Shown here: one piece after another, positions 1 through 12,300 of the stretch | Layout: each line of letters begins with the position of its first letter | How positions within the stretch are numbered: position 1 is the stretch's first letter | DNA from: Podarcis tiliguerta | Taxonomy: Eukaryota | Assembly (NCBI GenBank): GCA_965153285.1 | Contig: OZ229110.1 | Reading direction: 5' to 3' (one strand) | Length of the DNA stretch: 64,000 nucleotides | Position numbers and translations under genes: made by a program | The notes under the pieces: model-generated | What the model was told of the DNA's origin: nothing | The model's input: only the letters and a program-made list of their open reading frames with translations | Database searches by the model: none

Positions 1-390
1 TCAGTGTCTTGGCTGAACAATGGGGGTGGAGATAATCCTTCAGGTATACAGGGCTGAGGCCATTTAGGGCTTTAAAAATCAGCACCAACTCTTTGAAGTG
101 TGCTCGGAAACGTCTAGCTGCTCTAGATTATGGATGGAGTTTCCAAGTCACCTTCAAAGGTAACCCCACATAGAGTGCATTGCAGTAGTCCAAGCGGGAG
201 ATAACTAGAGCATGCACCACTCTGGTGAGACAGTCTGTGGGCAGATAGGGTCTCAGCCTGCATACCAGAAGGAGCTGGTAGACAGCTGCCCTGGACACAG
301 AATTGACCTGTGCCTCCATGGACAGCTGTGAGTCCAAAATGACTCCCAGGCTGTGCACCTGGTCCTTCAGGAGCAGAGGTAACCCCATTC
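1..390 (-). mobile_element. L2-clade LINE ORF2 (RT C-terminal) fragment
   Basis: Translation SLGVILDSQLSMEAQVNSVSRAA...RLRPYL...LVISRLDYCNALYVGLP is typical of L2/CR1-group ORF2. Confidence 0.85.
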
Positions 391-404
391 AGAACCAGGG
401 AGTC

Positions 405-828
405 CTCTTTATGGTCCAGCTCTCACTTCCATCCATCACTACTGGGAAAACCATAGCTTTAACTATATGGATCTTTGTTGGCAAGGTGATGTCTCTGCTT
501 TTTAAAATGCTGTCTAGGTTTGTCATTGCTTTTCTCCCGAGAAGCAGGCATCCTTTAATTTCGTGACTGCAGTGTGCAGTGATCTTGTGCAGTGATCATG
601 GAGCACAAGAAAGTAAAATCTCTCGCTGCCTCCATTTCTTCCCCTTCTATTTGCCAGGAGGTGATGGGACCAGTGGCCATGATCTTGGTTTTTTTGATGT
701 TGAGCTTCAGACCATATTTTGTGCTCTCCTCTTTCACCCTCATTAAAAGGTTCTTTAATTCCTCTTCACATTCTGACATCAAGGTTGTGTCATCTGCATA
801 TTTGAGGTTGTTGATATTTCTTCTGGCA
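405..828 (-). mobile_element. RTE-BovB LINE RT fragment
   Basis: RNINNLKYADDTTLMSECEEELKNLLMRVKEES..GLKLNIKKTKIMATGPITSWQIEGE is the characteristic BovB RT segment, with YADD. Confidence 0.9.
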
Positions 829-1276
829 AGCTTAACTGGCATAACTAACTGGCATATTTGCCTGCAAATATCTTTAGAGTAATAGTAGGCAGCTGCCTCA
901 TTTTAATCTTCAGAACACTAGTACTTGGTTAAATGATTCTCTTATATATTATGTAGTTGCCTTTCCATTGATGGCTGTATAAAAATAAAGAGCTAAAATT
1001 TGTTGCAAATGCCTTAGTACCAGCTTCACATTTCCAGAAACATTTCCAGAAACCTGCTCCCCCTTCCTCTTCTTTGCACGCTCTCTGATAATAAAACCAG
1101 AACGTTAATGTGAACAGAATTTCTAGAGTTCAAGTAACAGAATGCCATTCATGGATGATGGACAGGATGTATAAAGTGAAATGAAAGAAACAAAAACTTG
1201 AGCAAGCATGTTAGTGAAGCAGTTTGCTTAAACATACCATTTGCATCTCTTTTCTTAGGGGATCTAGAAACTAGAA

Positions 1277-1402
1277 CAGGCATAGGCAAACCTGACCCTC
1301 CAGATGTTTTGGGACTACAGCTCCCATGATCCTTAGCTGTGGTCAGGGATTGTGGGAATTGTAGTCCCAAAACATCTGGAGGGCTGAGGTTGCCTATGCC
1401 TG
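1277..1402. mobile_element. hAT-type MITE (126 bp, near-palindromic)
   Basis: TIRs CAGGCATAGGCAA...TTGCCTATGCCTG; perfect 8-bp TSD AACTAGAA at 1269-1276 and 1403-1410. Confidence 0.9.
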
Positions 1403-4400
1403 AACTAGAAGGCTAAAATCGTAAGAGCAAACCACTGAACTTTTCTCTCTAATACTGGTTGATCCTGATTGGGTCAGGGTTCTAGACACAGGTTACATAG
1501 GCATCTTAAGAAACTGAATGGGCTGCGCTTCTAATAGAGAAAGTTCCATTAAGTATAAGTCACAGTTTCCATGTGTCATTGAAATTCATTGTCCAGGCCC
1601 ATTTCCCTGGTCTAGGTGAAAAACAGTTGGAACCAATGGATCATTGATGCCACAAAAATTTCATTCATCCATATCACAATTTGAGATTTTAATGTAGAGT
1701 TTTGGAAGCACCATCCCTCCTACATTAAGGTAGTTGATTAAATGGGCACTAACTATGTCAATAGTGTGCTTACTGGTGAGTGTCTTCTCATATAAGTACG
1801 TATACTTTTCATATTTTATTTTGCATGTAAAACAATCACTTTGGTTGAGTAACTTTTTCATTTGTCCAAAACATAATAGCTTTTTGTAGCACCCGTAAGG
1901 AATTTCTAAGAAGTTGAATGTTGGAGGTTGGCCTACGTATAAGAAGTTATGAGAAAGTTGGACTCAAACAGTAATTTAGCAGAAATGCAGTAATTATGGC
2001 TGGCATGATCAGGAACACCATGTGGGTATCCAACGTCTTCAGAGTAGGGCTTATATTCTATTCTCCTTTTGCACTATTAGCTGTCTTTGCAACAGCCAAA
2101 CTTAGAACTCCACTAGCTTGGGGGCCTAAAACAGTTCACTAATGGATGTGTAGCTGTGAATGAGTCACCTCTTCATCCCTTCAGTTGTAGCAGAGAAAAT
2201 ACAAACACGGGCTGGGCATGTCTGTGTCATTAGATCTTTGGGAAGGTTTCTGACCTAGATCTCTTCTGTAGGGAGAAAGTTATAAAATAAATTGGGTTAA
2301 CTACTGGGATAGGACATGAGAGTTCCTGTCTGAGTTCTTTAAACATTACCTCTTCTGACAGGGTGGAGTCTCCATCACCTGCCTGTCTACTTTGAATACG
2401 TTGACCACCTTTCATTTTGTCACTAGCCTTCTTACTTGTTTTCCTGCATTTCTTTTATTTTTTCCACAGTAGAAGGCTTTATCATTAAAATATAGGTATG
2501 TGAATGCTAGGTAAAAAATGTATAATTCCCAGCTTTTAGGTGCTTGGCCTGTGATGTATATGCTATACATAATAACTTCTTTTAAAAATTATCAAGAATC
2601 AGCAACATCATTGTCATCTACTATCTCACTCTGCAAGAGGCTTATAATTCCCATGGTTTTGTCTGGCCTTTAGACTGTTTCTGTAGACATATTGAATGCT
2701 AGTGGCTTTGAGATGTGTATATATATATATAATAATTTGAATGTGTTCATTTATCCTTTTGCATATCATTGTGACACCTGGGCAACATTGCTCTAGTCTC
2801 ATGGAACAAAAAGGCTCCATATCATGTTCTTTGGATTCACCCATAGGCTCAGGTTTCTATCCTTAGCTCATACAGGAAATATCAACTTGTGTTGTATTCT
2901 CTCTAGATACACGGCAAATTATTGTCTTTCTAGCTTTGTGTGTTTGCATTGCCTAATTCTGCTGTTCAGAATACACTGGCAGTACCTCCCTGCCTCTAGC
3001 TACCAGCCCACCATTAATGATTCACAGGCCTGATGCCAGTAGGCAGGGTTTGTTGAGTCGGTTTTTAGCTGCTGCTTCAGCCTCTTTTTGGCCTGTATTG
3101 TAGATTAAGCCTGTGTTCTCACTGACCCACAAATGAAAAGAGTTGAACTGGCCTTTGCCTTATAGATATTTTGATAATGAGGGGGAGGAGAGGAAGACTA
3201 TATTGGGAGGGATGCCTCACCCTTGCCTGCTAATCTAATATATGCCCCTTAGATACCCTTAGTGGGCTCTGAGCATTCTGTCAATTGGTTTACTCCATAT
3301 GTCATTTTTTAGAGGTAGCCTTGCATTTCCCTTCCCTGCTCTTTGCTCCTGCTGCCTAAATCCATCTGTTTATCACAGACTGCTCTGATTGGAGAAAAGG
3401 ACAGATGCTGCCCTAAATCTATGGGATTAAACTCCCAGCAGCAAAGCAGATTAGGGGATTACATTGGCGTCTTCAAGGGGGAAGCCCGCTGGGTCCTGAG
3501 CCCAGGCTTTTCTGTGGAAAGGATTCTTCAGTATAGTAATTTTGTCAGTGGGTACCATCTTAACATTTTCCAACCTCCAAGACTCTGCCTGTGTGTTTGC
3601 TTGTGGATTAATCATATGAATGAGTACCTTGTCCTGGAAGAATTGACCTGCATTGTCCCTCTAAGGAATGGAATTATATGACATAGGTCTGGCTTCTCTC
3701 TTAAGACACAGTTGCATGTGAGATATGTATAGTGTTTGTGGCATATTAACTTGTGGTGTTACTAATATTTCCAGAGTTGTAATTAACACCTATTCTGAGC
3801 AGCACGTAGATACTGTGGCCAGCTGAAATACCTGGCTACACAGATGCAAAGGTAAACCCACCCCCCCATTCCCATCACTGAATATAGCCACACACCCTGC
3901 AGTGAACAAGCCCAGAGAGGCACAAGTTATAATCACACTGTTGCTCTCAATTTTCCTGATGTCTCCCAGTACCACATACTGGTTCAAGGTGGATATTCTC
4001 TTCCTTAACTCCCCACCACCACATTCACAGAACCTTCATCTTACTATGCAGGAGGCCAAGTGAACACAGTGGTGGGTTCACAGTTATTTGGGAAGTTTGT
4101 GTGGCTATCCAGGGTGGCTAATGGGGTGTGAAGTAACAGGTTGCTAAATGTTGATGGTGCATGGTAATGTGCCATTATTTGGCACATTGGATTTAGAAAA
4201 AAAATCCTCTGCCCTTCCATTGTAGTCTAATGTTCAGGGTAGGTTACAGCAGGTTAAAAATATCTACAAAACATAAAAAATATTAAGGATCGCAATAAGG
4301 ATCAGCAAATTCTTGGACTAGATGACCCTCGGGTTCCTTCCAACTCCATAATTCTAATCTGGTACAGGTGGATACTGAACTGCATCAGATTATGAGTCCA

Positions 4401-5682
4401 CTTCAGAATTCACAACCCTGCAGATCACTTTACAAGGTAGTCCAAGGGCTGAAGCACTTCCTCTTAAAGCAATTTCAGTTGTTTAGCATTTAAAAAATGG
4501 GTAATCCAGCTGCCCACAGCCTGGAGTGACTAGAATGCAATAGGCCTCGCTGCCATGCACTTTGAATGCAATATAGCAAGTCCCCCTAGGAGTGATGGGA
4601 TGAGGTTCTGTCATTGTCAGGGGGGATTATGTAGACAAACTGTGATTAGCTCTAGTGCTTGAATTAAGTTTGACTAAATTGGCGTATATTTGCAAAGGGG
4701 AAAAGGCTGATTTAAATAATTTTTTCTATTGATTTCCTCTTCATATATTTCCTACACAATGGTGCATATTGGACCATTAAATCATGTTAATTTACAACTA
4801 AATGGAATTTATATGGTTTCTTTCTTAAAGCAAAGGATTGCATCTTGCACTTATCAAAAAAATAACAAAAAGGGGGGGGAATACCCATGACATCAAAGTA
4901 TGTCCAGATAATTAGTGGGCAGAGTAGAGCTGGCTATTTTCATTCAAGTGAAAATAAAAGGCTAATGTTTGGTGGAAGAGTGTAAATAATGAAATTTGAG
5001 AAATTGTCAAATTGATTCTTAGTTTATATAGGAAAGAAACTCAATGTATCGGGTAGAGGCATTGCTATAGTTAAGAGACTAACTGTAGAGCTAATATACA
5101 TTTCTTCAGATTAATATCCTAAACTTTCCTGAAAAGAAACTTGGCATTTATCTTCTTAAATAAAATAAAATCTTGATTTAAATGTTTATAATTTTTTAAT
5201 GGGTTTTTATTTACGCTTCTCAGTCAGGACTGAGCATACACTAGAAGCTACTAGATGTGATGAGGGGTGGAATGAAGTGTCCTTCTAGGAGAATACATTG
5301 CTGGCTGGCACGCTGAACATGAATGCTCCAAACTGCAATAATTTGTTGCACATCCCACTTATTTCTATGTAGTGCTCAAACAAGTAATGTAATGAAAGGA
5401 GCAGCCCTGGCTACTTGGTGGGTAGCCATTATGCAGCAGTTACCATTCTGTATGAAAAGGCCAGTTGCCCATGAAGAGGGCATAGGCCCACCCATATCCC
5501 CAAGGTTTTCTTTCTGCCAGTCTTAGTTGTCAGGAGCAATTGTTCTCTTCCCACTGGTGACCAGGCAACTCTTGGATTACAGCACCGGGTAAATACCAAA
5601 TTAAAAACAGCTTTTAAGAGTGGTGACCTCAAGTTTGTGTATTAAGTTGCGTTTTGCACAGCAACATAGCTTTAATATACAT

Positions 5683-6069
5683 CAGAGACTGTGATCTACT
5701 CACAGAGTTAAAAACTGGCAGTGATCTACCCCCTTTTGGGGGGTTCAGGTTGAAGTTGATAAGCTTTTTTAGGGAGGAGGAAAGCCCTGTTTTTTAGGGG
5801 TTCAGGTCAAAGTTGTTGAGATTTTTTTAGGAAGAAGGAAGGCCCATTTTTCAGGGGTTCAGGTCAGAGTTGTTAAGCTTTTCTGAGGCAGGAGGAAAGC
5901 CCTGTTTTGTGGGGGGTGAAGGGCTAAAATGTTGATCATTTTTTAGGGGAGCCAAAGTTGTTGAGCTTCTTTGGGGGGAGCCAGTGATCTACCAGTGATC
6001 TACCAGTGATCTACCATAGACATCCAGTGATCTACCGGTAGATCACGATCTGCCTGTTGGACGTGCCTG
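5683..6069 (-). mobile_element. Non-autonomous hAT element with an internal minisatellite (copy A)
   Basis: 8-bp TSD ATATACAT (5675-5682, 6070-6077); reverse-complement homologue of 41630-41878; left TIR partly deleted; internal ~57-bp repeats. Confidence 0.85.
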
Positions 6070-9000
6070 ATATACATGGTCTCTTGAAAATAAATGCATC
6101 TTATTTTCATGCACAGTCTGCTAAGTGGGAAATAAATCCTCGAGAAAAATACTTGATGATTTAACTAGAGATGGTATGACAGCATATGCCATAACTTGAA
6201 GAGTAAAATAGCAAACTCACTGTTAAGATTCACTGTACCAAGAAAATGTTTAGGGTGGGTCAGGTTGGGTATTGAATGCTGAACAAGCAGAGTTCTGTTA
6301 GTGCAACGGGACTACAATTTCCTTTCATCCCCATATATGCCCCCAATTTAAAAATAAAATATTTTAAGGGTGTGCTGTGGGCTGGAGAGGACAAGAGAGG
6401 AAGAAGATGTTTTGTATTCCGAACAGAGCTTCAGTGTTGGATACAGCCAATTGGCTGATACAGAAGCATAATTAAAGTACATTTGGCCAGCATCTTAATG
6501 TTTTTTTTGGAGTACTCCCTAATACAATTGGGTGAGGTTGTGCTGCTAAAAGAAGCATTGTGGTAGGTATATCTTACACACCTTACTTTTCATGTTATGT
6601 CCTATGATTGAGGCAAGATGAGGTGAGGGAGTTGCCTGCCTTTCATTATAAAGATGTCTCAGGTTAGAGCAAATGTAAACCCAGTGTGTCTAGTGTATAG
6701 TAGGACAGTTGCCAGGACTGACGTGCTGTATCAACACCTTTCCCGCCCACCCCATGGGAAGCCATGCAATAGAACCAGTGCAGACTGTTCTGTGCAATCC
6801 CTGTGGTGAACTGCAATATCTTATTCAGGGTAGCCTCTAAATCTCATCAGTTTACCTTTGCAACCCAAAAATTAAAAAAAAGGTGTGACAGTTTTTAAAA
6901 TGGCTAGTTACAATTCTAATATCACCTATAATTACATGCTTGCATAATAAAGGAATTAAAGACTCCAATAAAACCTTAGATTTCTAAATTATTATTGTAC
7001 CACTATGTAGACTTAGGGAATAAGGCTGTTATGTACAGAACCAGTTGCAGTTATCTGCCTGCCTATTAAATTTTTTTAGCCTGCTATACATATTTCTCTC
7101 ATCCAGGCCCTAATCTAAGCCTTATCAGTTTTATGGTGTTTATTGCAAACCACTTCAAAAAACTTGTTGCCCAAAGGAGTATAATTAATGTTTGTTTGGG
7201 GTTTTTTAAAGTTGAAAGCTTTAGAAGTTTCAGAGCTTATTTTGACATCAAATTTACAAAACCACATCCTTTTTTTTCACTGGCAGCAGCTATCTCCAGG
7301 CTCTTGGTTTGTATTTACTAACATAGATTAGAATCCTAATTTGTTTATAACCATGTGTTTAAAAGGGTGGGAAAGTGCAGTCTTTCACAAATGTGTAAAT
7401 GAAAATAATATGTTATGGGGCAACTGATATGAAATGAATTGACTTGTTTTGTCTTAAGATGCAAATGGAGGTGTAATTCCTTTCCCTATTGGACTGGGAA
7501 CATTATTGGGTAGTATCCAGTGTTTGCCAAGTAAACCCACTGAAATCAGTAGACCAAAGCAATTTAAGTTCATTGATCTCAATGCATCTACTTTTGATCA
7601 TCCTTGATCAAACTTTATAGTTTAGTTACATTTACATTCAGATAACAGAAGGCTACTCCTAGCTTTTTTGTCTACCTAATTAAAAATATGAGCTTGCTCT
7701 GATACTCTTCTGACTGTGCTCCATTAAAATTTTGAATCTAATGGGCAAATATTTTAGGATTATTTAACTTAGTTCTAAGCAGACTTTTGTTGCGCCTTCT
7801 CTCCTTAACCTGTAGCCTTACTGTAGGTTTTATGTGGGATGTTCTTCTGCATATGGATCTTCTAGTCAAACAAGCTAAACTTGTTTTTCTTTCTTGCTGC
7901 GTTCTGTTCGTTGACAAATTTGGTTACAGCTGATTATAGTGTGTCCAAAATGCCAAACCTCATAGAGCTCATACGCATACTCAATTCATGTCTGGGAAAG
8001 CAAATGTTACTAATGGTACTTTCTTATTTATGTAAACATTTTCAGCAGTATTAACTTACACCCTCCATGCTGTGTACACTGAATAGAGAGCAATAACCAT
8101 TTAAAACTGGCAACTGCTATATATATGTACCAATGATGAAAGTTGCTATTTCACAAAAATGTGTTTTATTGTACTTTTCCTAAGTGTTGAAAGTACTTTA
8201 TGCACATAATCTCCATAATCCTTGCAATAGCTCTGCAAGGTGGATAATAATGGTATCATATTGCATACTGGTAAATGAAGCTCAGAATATTGACTTGCTT
8301 TAAAACCATCTAATGAATTCATAGTTGAGGTAAAATTGGAACCTGGGCCATTCCAACTTGCACTTTACTATACTAACTGCTTGCTTAAACTTCCCAGCAC
8401 TTCGAGTTCACAAATTGAGCTCACATAAATGTGAGAGGTACACATTGGCATCTATAGGAACACTGGTAGCATTATATCATTAAGAATTTCAGCTATGTAT
8501 GTTAATGGGTTCTTCATCACTGGAGTGAGTAGAAACTAAAATATTTACAGTACTTGGGCCTCAGCAGAGCTGACATTTGCTATAAACGGGAAAATGCCAC
8601 TTAAATACAACTATTAAAAGCACAGAAGACCAGTACTACACAGAGTTGAGTGATCTCAATGCTACACGATCATGATGGCAGTGGTACATAAGCAGTGGTT
8701 CACCTTGAAGAACTTTACACATTTTGGAGTTATCCAAATATTACAGCTAATCAGGTTTGTGCTGGAAAATGTTGTATCTGTTGTTCAGTGAATAATTCTG
8801 AAGAACTTTATCCACATCTTTGGGAACCAAAGTGGGTGGTGTGGGCCATGTGTTGAAATGCATATTTATATTGTTTTGTTAATACTTAAGTGATTTGACA
8901 GAGTGGTGCTTCCACACTGCTAATGGGTTCCTGTGCATATTTGGATTAATGCTGGCCATTTGCTATGAAGTGAGCGGAGTATAGGCTTTGTAGGATCCCA

Positions 9001-9393
9001 AACTACCTACATACTCCTTAAGAGGGGGTGTGATCCTGTCCAGAACAGGCAACTGTTCTATCTTTGGGACATGGGAACCACCTATCCATGGGACCCCCAT
9101 CTTCCAAGAATTCAAACTCAACCCTCATCCAGTCCATCACCACATTCAGGTACTGGTCCAGGGCTTGCACAACTACTCCTGATTCAGATGTTATAGCGAA
9201 ATAGAACTGTGTGCCCTCAGCTTACAGATGACACTTTACTCCAAAACTCCTGATGAGTTTTCTCTTCCATTTGCTGGTTATCCAGGTTTATTTAGGTGGA
9301 ATGACCTCAGGGCTTTTACGTAAGGTTGAATAAATTTATAGTTAATCTTAAAATGTTACTAGATCTGTTTTAACTTACTTTTTCTTTGTGCAG

Positions 9394-12300
9394 GTGCCCA
9401 GGGCTTAGCTTGCATATCTCCCCAATCATCCCCATTTACAATGCTGTGGTCTTCCTCTTTGTGCTGGCCAACTTTAGTATGGCCACCTTCATGGATCCAG
9501 GCATATTTCCTCGAGGTGAGAACTGAAAATTGCCTGTGAAGCAATTTCCAAGGCACTGATTGATCTGAAAATGTTTTGATTAGGGATGGCTACTTCCAGT
9601 CTCCAGATCCAGAGCATAATTTTTTGTAATCTGGATAGGTAGGAATCTTCCAGCTCAACAGTGTTTATAGTGTGAATTATAGTGGATTCATTATTGGAAG
9701 CTATTGCTATATTTGGGAGCGGGGAGGTTCTACAAATTTTGGCTGGTCTTGATAGCTAGCCAGATGTGTTCTTTCCACCAAACCTGGTCTAAGGTGGTGG
9801 TGGGGGGAGAGTATTGATTGTGGTGTCACACTACAAATTTTTGAAGGCCCTAGCTGTGGGGACAAACCTTGTTCTTCTGCCTAGCATCAAGCTGAGTGGG
9901 AGTTTATCCCTGTCCTGGGATCACTCAGAAGACCCAGGCATCTCACTGCTTTCAGAGCTTCTCCATGGCTTATTACAGGGCAGCCTAGTATGTAGCAGCT
10001 CACTGGTAACTGTTGGTGGCAAGACTCGTTCCATGCAGGCAGCTGAGTGAGCTAGTAGAGGAGAGGTGTATTTTTCCACTGCTGGTCTGTTTTATGTACT
10101 GGCTGAGGAGGAAGGGAAGCCAATCCTTTAGTTCTGCCGAGCCTATGGGAGCATTCTTGACAAAACAGGTTTTTACAAGCCCGCTAAGAAGCTGGTGTCC
10201 TGGGTTTCCATAGCAGACACCAATTAGGGGACTTCCTTTCCTCCTGTGACCAGTATGGAAATGCAGAATACTAGACTCCTAGACTTTTTAAAAAAAACAG
10301 CAACCCTGCAAGCTGTTGTGGGCTTATTTACAAAATGGATCAAGGGTCAGCATAATCCATCCCCTTTTCTCTAAACTTGTGAGAGGGGATAGGGTGTCTC
10401 ACCCTGAAGCACAAAAAAAAAGTCTGTGCCAGGGTGAATGGGTTTGTGAAACTGGGGGCTAGGACATGTTGGACATGCTCTGTACTTCATTGGATTTTAT
10501 AATTTTTTCTTGCTGCTTCAGCTGAAGAAGATGAGGACAAGGAGGATGATTTCCGAGCTCCATTATACAAGACTGTGGAGATAAAGGGTATTCAAGTGCG
10601 CATGAAATGGTGTGCAACGTGTCGCTTCTACCGGCCCCCACGCTGCTCTCATTGCAGCGTCTGCGACAACTGTGTGGAGGTGAGAGACTGGGAAGAGAAG
10701 GGCTCTGTTGGAGTGATTGGAATTGCTTGTTGGATTGTTGATAATGAACTTGGGACATTCTGTAATCTTTGAGATCCAGTTCAGGAACTGTTTGGGCTGC
10801 AAGATTCAGTTTTGTGTGTTATAGGTTGGGATAGACACCTCAGACTTGAATGCTTTCCTTTTTTACCAGTGCCCCAGGGTGGTTTGAGAGGGAGGGGGCA
10901 GAATCAATTTCATAATTGTGGGTAAGGTAATCCATAGCAAATACGTTCATCTAGTATTCATGTTTGTTTATTTTATATTTATTTTATATTTATTTTTCAC
11001 CTTCCATAATGAAATTCAAGGTGATGTGTGTACAAGTGTTTTCAACACATATTGAAAGGCAGGAGAGGTGATGAGGCACCATTCAACTATAATTCATAAT
11101 CTGCCGGTTGACCACAGCCATTCTACTTACCCTTGTTATAGGAGTTGCATCTTCTGTTGTGGAAATGAAAATCTGGGTGGGATTCAGGTTTCCTGGAGTT
11201 TCGAGGGGTTCTACAGGTGTTGTATTGTTTTACAGAGGTGATGTCCTTCTAACTCTGTTCTTTATCCTTTCACTGATAGGAATTTGACCATCACTGTCCC
11301 TGGGTAAACAACTGTATTGGGCGGCGCAATTATCGCTATTTCTTCCTGTTCCTGCTCTCACTTACAGCACATATCATGGGTGTATTCGGTTTTGGCTTGC
11401 TGTTTGTCCTGTGTCAAGTTGAAGAGCTCTCTGGGATCCGTATGGCCGTCACGTATCCTCTTTTTCTAGAGTGCAAAGAATTGCTTAATCAAATTCTGGT
11501 AAACAATTGGGCTGTTCACCTGAGATACTGCCAACTGATGGGTGGTGGGAGGGAAAGGAATCCCAAAAACAAAGTTGGTCCTTCATGAATTGCTTCCTTG
11601 ACTTTGTTGACAGTATGGCTGTGATGTGTGTGGCTGGCTTGTTTTTCATACCTGTTGTAGGCCTTACAGGATTCCATGTGGTCTTGGTAGCCAGAGGTCG
11701 TACTACAAATGAGCAGGTAGATATTTTACAGTTACCTAGTTTTTGACTTCACTACATGGTATCTCTATTTCCCTGACATATCTTTTCTCCTTGCAGGTTA
11801 CAGGCAAATTCCGGGGTGGAGTAAACCCATTCACCAATGGCTGTTGTAACAATGTCAGTCGTGTTCTCTGCAGCTCCCCAGCCCCCAGGTAAATTATGCC
11901 TCACCTAAGAAATTTGTAGAGGCCTTATTCTTTCTTGGAGAGAGAAGAGCTAGATTGTCTTGATTGCTAATGGAGACAAGCAGAGAAACAGAGGAAGATT
12001 CTCTGGGATCAGTGATATGAATGGTTCCAACAGTGAGGTGGTGGGATGTGGGAAGTCATTGCTCACAGCCAGATCACACCTTGAAGCACAGTTAGACAAC
12101 ATAGCAGCTATAAGCTTCTTCCTCTTGTAGATTGAAGTAAAGAAAGGGGTTGCTGGCAACTATCTAAAGACGTGGCAGAAAGATTAATTAATTTTTATAG
12201 TGGCTGTTCTTCCTGGGATCTGTATGTCAAGGTGCATCTAATACCACTGAGTATAATCAGTCTTTGGGAGTGGGTTGTGAGCTTACTTGAACTATCCACA

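Noticed and set aside
5730-6050. Repeats resembling a CRISPR array
   Set aside because: Vertebrate DNA; degenerate tandem units without unique spacers, inside a TSD-flanked hAT element.
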